NCBI GenBank assembly: GCA_963716745.1
Contig: OY970320.1
Span: forward strand, 3,136,001 to 3,200,000
Length of the DNA: 64,000 nucleotides
Direction: 5' to 3'
Origin: an uncultured Gemmatimonadaceae bacterium
GTDB taxonomy: Bacteria; Gemmatimonadota; Gemmatimonadetes; Gemmatimonadales; Gemmatimonadaceae
Shown: positions 63,730-64,000 of the stretch, in pieces
Layout of the letters: each line of letters opens with the position of its first letter
Numbering within the stretch: the first letter of the stretch is position 1
Position numbers and translations under genes: made by a program
The notes under the pieces: generated by a model
The model's database searches: none
What the model was told of the DNA's origin: nothing
Seen by the model: the letters and a program-made list of their open reading frames with translations, nothing else

Positions 63730-64000
63730 TGTGTTGGCGGCTTCACGGGCGGCGGTCCGGGTGGTGCGATCCCTTTCAACTTGCCGGTGCTGTCGCGCCC
63801 GAGGCCCGTCTTCGTCGTGTCCTTCGGCACCGGCTTGGGATACTGCACCGTGCGCAACGAACTCGCCGTGTCACCAAGGAGGTTCTTCACGTCGTGCGCT
63901 TCGAGGCGGTACCACGTGCCCGTCGCGAGCGCCTTGGCCGGCGCGATGAGGTACTCGCTGTTCGGCAGCGCGCGCGTCGGCACGGGCGGCGGGACCTTGG
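63726..64000 (-). CDS. C-terminal part of a probable Ig-like-domain protein (truncated by window edge)
   Basis: Open frame to the edge; LATGTWYRLEAHDVKNLLG; Pro-rich tail; stop overlaps selA start. Confidence 0.5.
   Translation of the reverse strand, partial: KVPPPVPTRALPNSEYLIAPAKALATGTWYRLEAHDVKNLLGDTASSLRTVQYPKPVPKDTTKTGLGRDSTGKLKGIAPPGPPPVKPPTQ

Overview
High-GC bacterial window. Gene content (duplicated orphan ABC permeases, short type IV pilin, selA-gmhB-purN-M42 peptidase-purH-DUF2723 block) suggests Gemmatimonadota or similar; this is inference. All family calls come from motif recognition, not database searches. Three parts: (i) 1-21.7 kb, accessory transport, stress and signalling genes with several structured intergenic elements; (ii) 21.8-54.9 kb, an island-like zone organised around two minus-strand tRNA-Ser genes (GCT and TGA); (iii) 55-64 kb, housekeeping genes. 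The island zone holds a DUF3604/PPIase/3x HupE-UreJ operon, two frameshifted ABC permeases with small exported proteins, and an aryl-polyene (APE)-type type II PKS cluster with a flavin halogenase, split into divergent operons. Main findings: a tRNA-Ser 3'-trailer/terminator module recurs 4-5 times and marks off gene cassettes with no integrase in view; a promoter-structured RNA-terminator unit at 14.0-14.15 kb; a ~360-bp doubly palindromic element at 4.3-4.6 kb; and two ~120-bp palindromic repeats. Many genes from 28 to 60 kb, including purH, carry single-base indels that look like long-read errors, so those coordinates are approximate.
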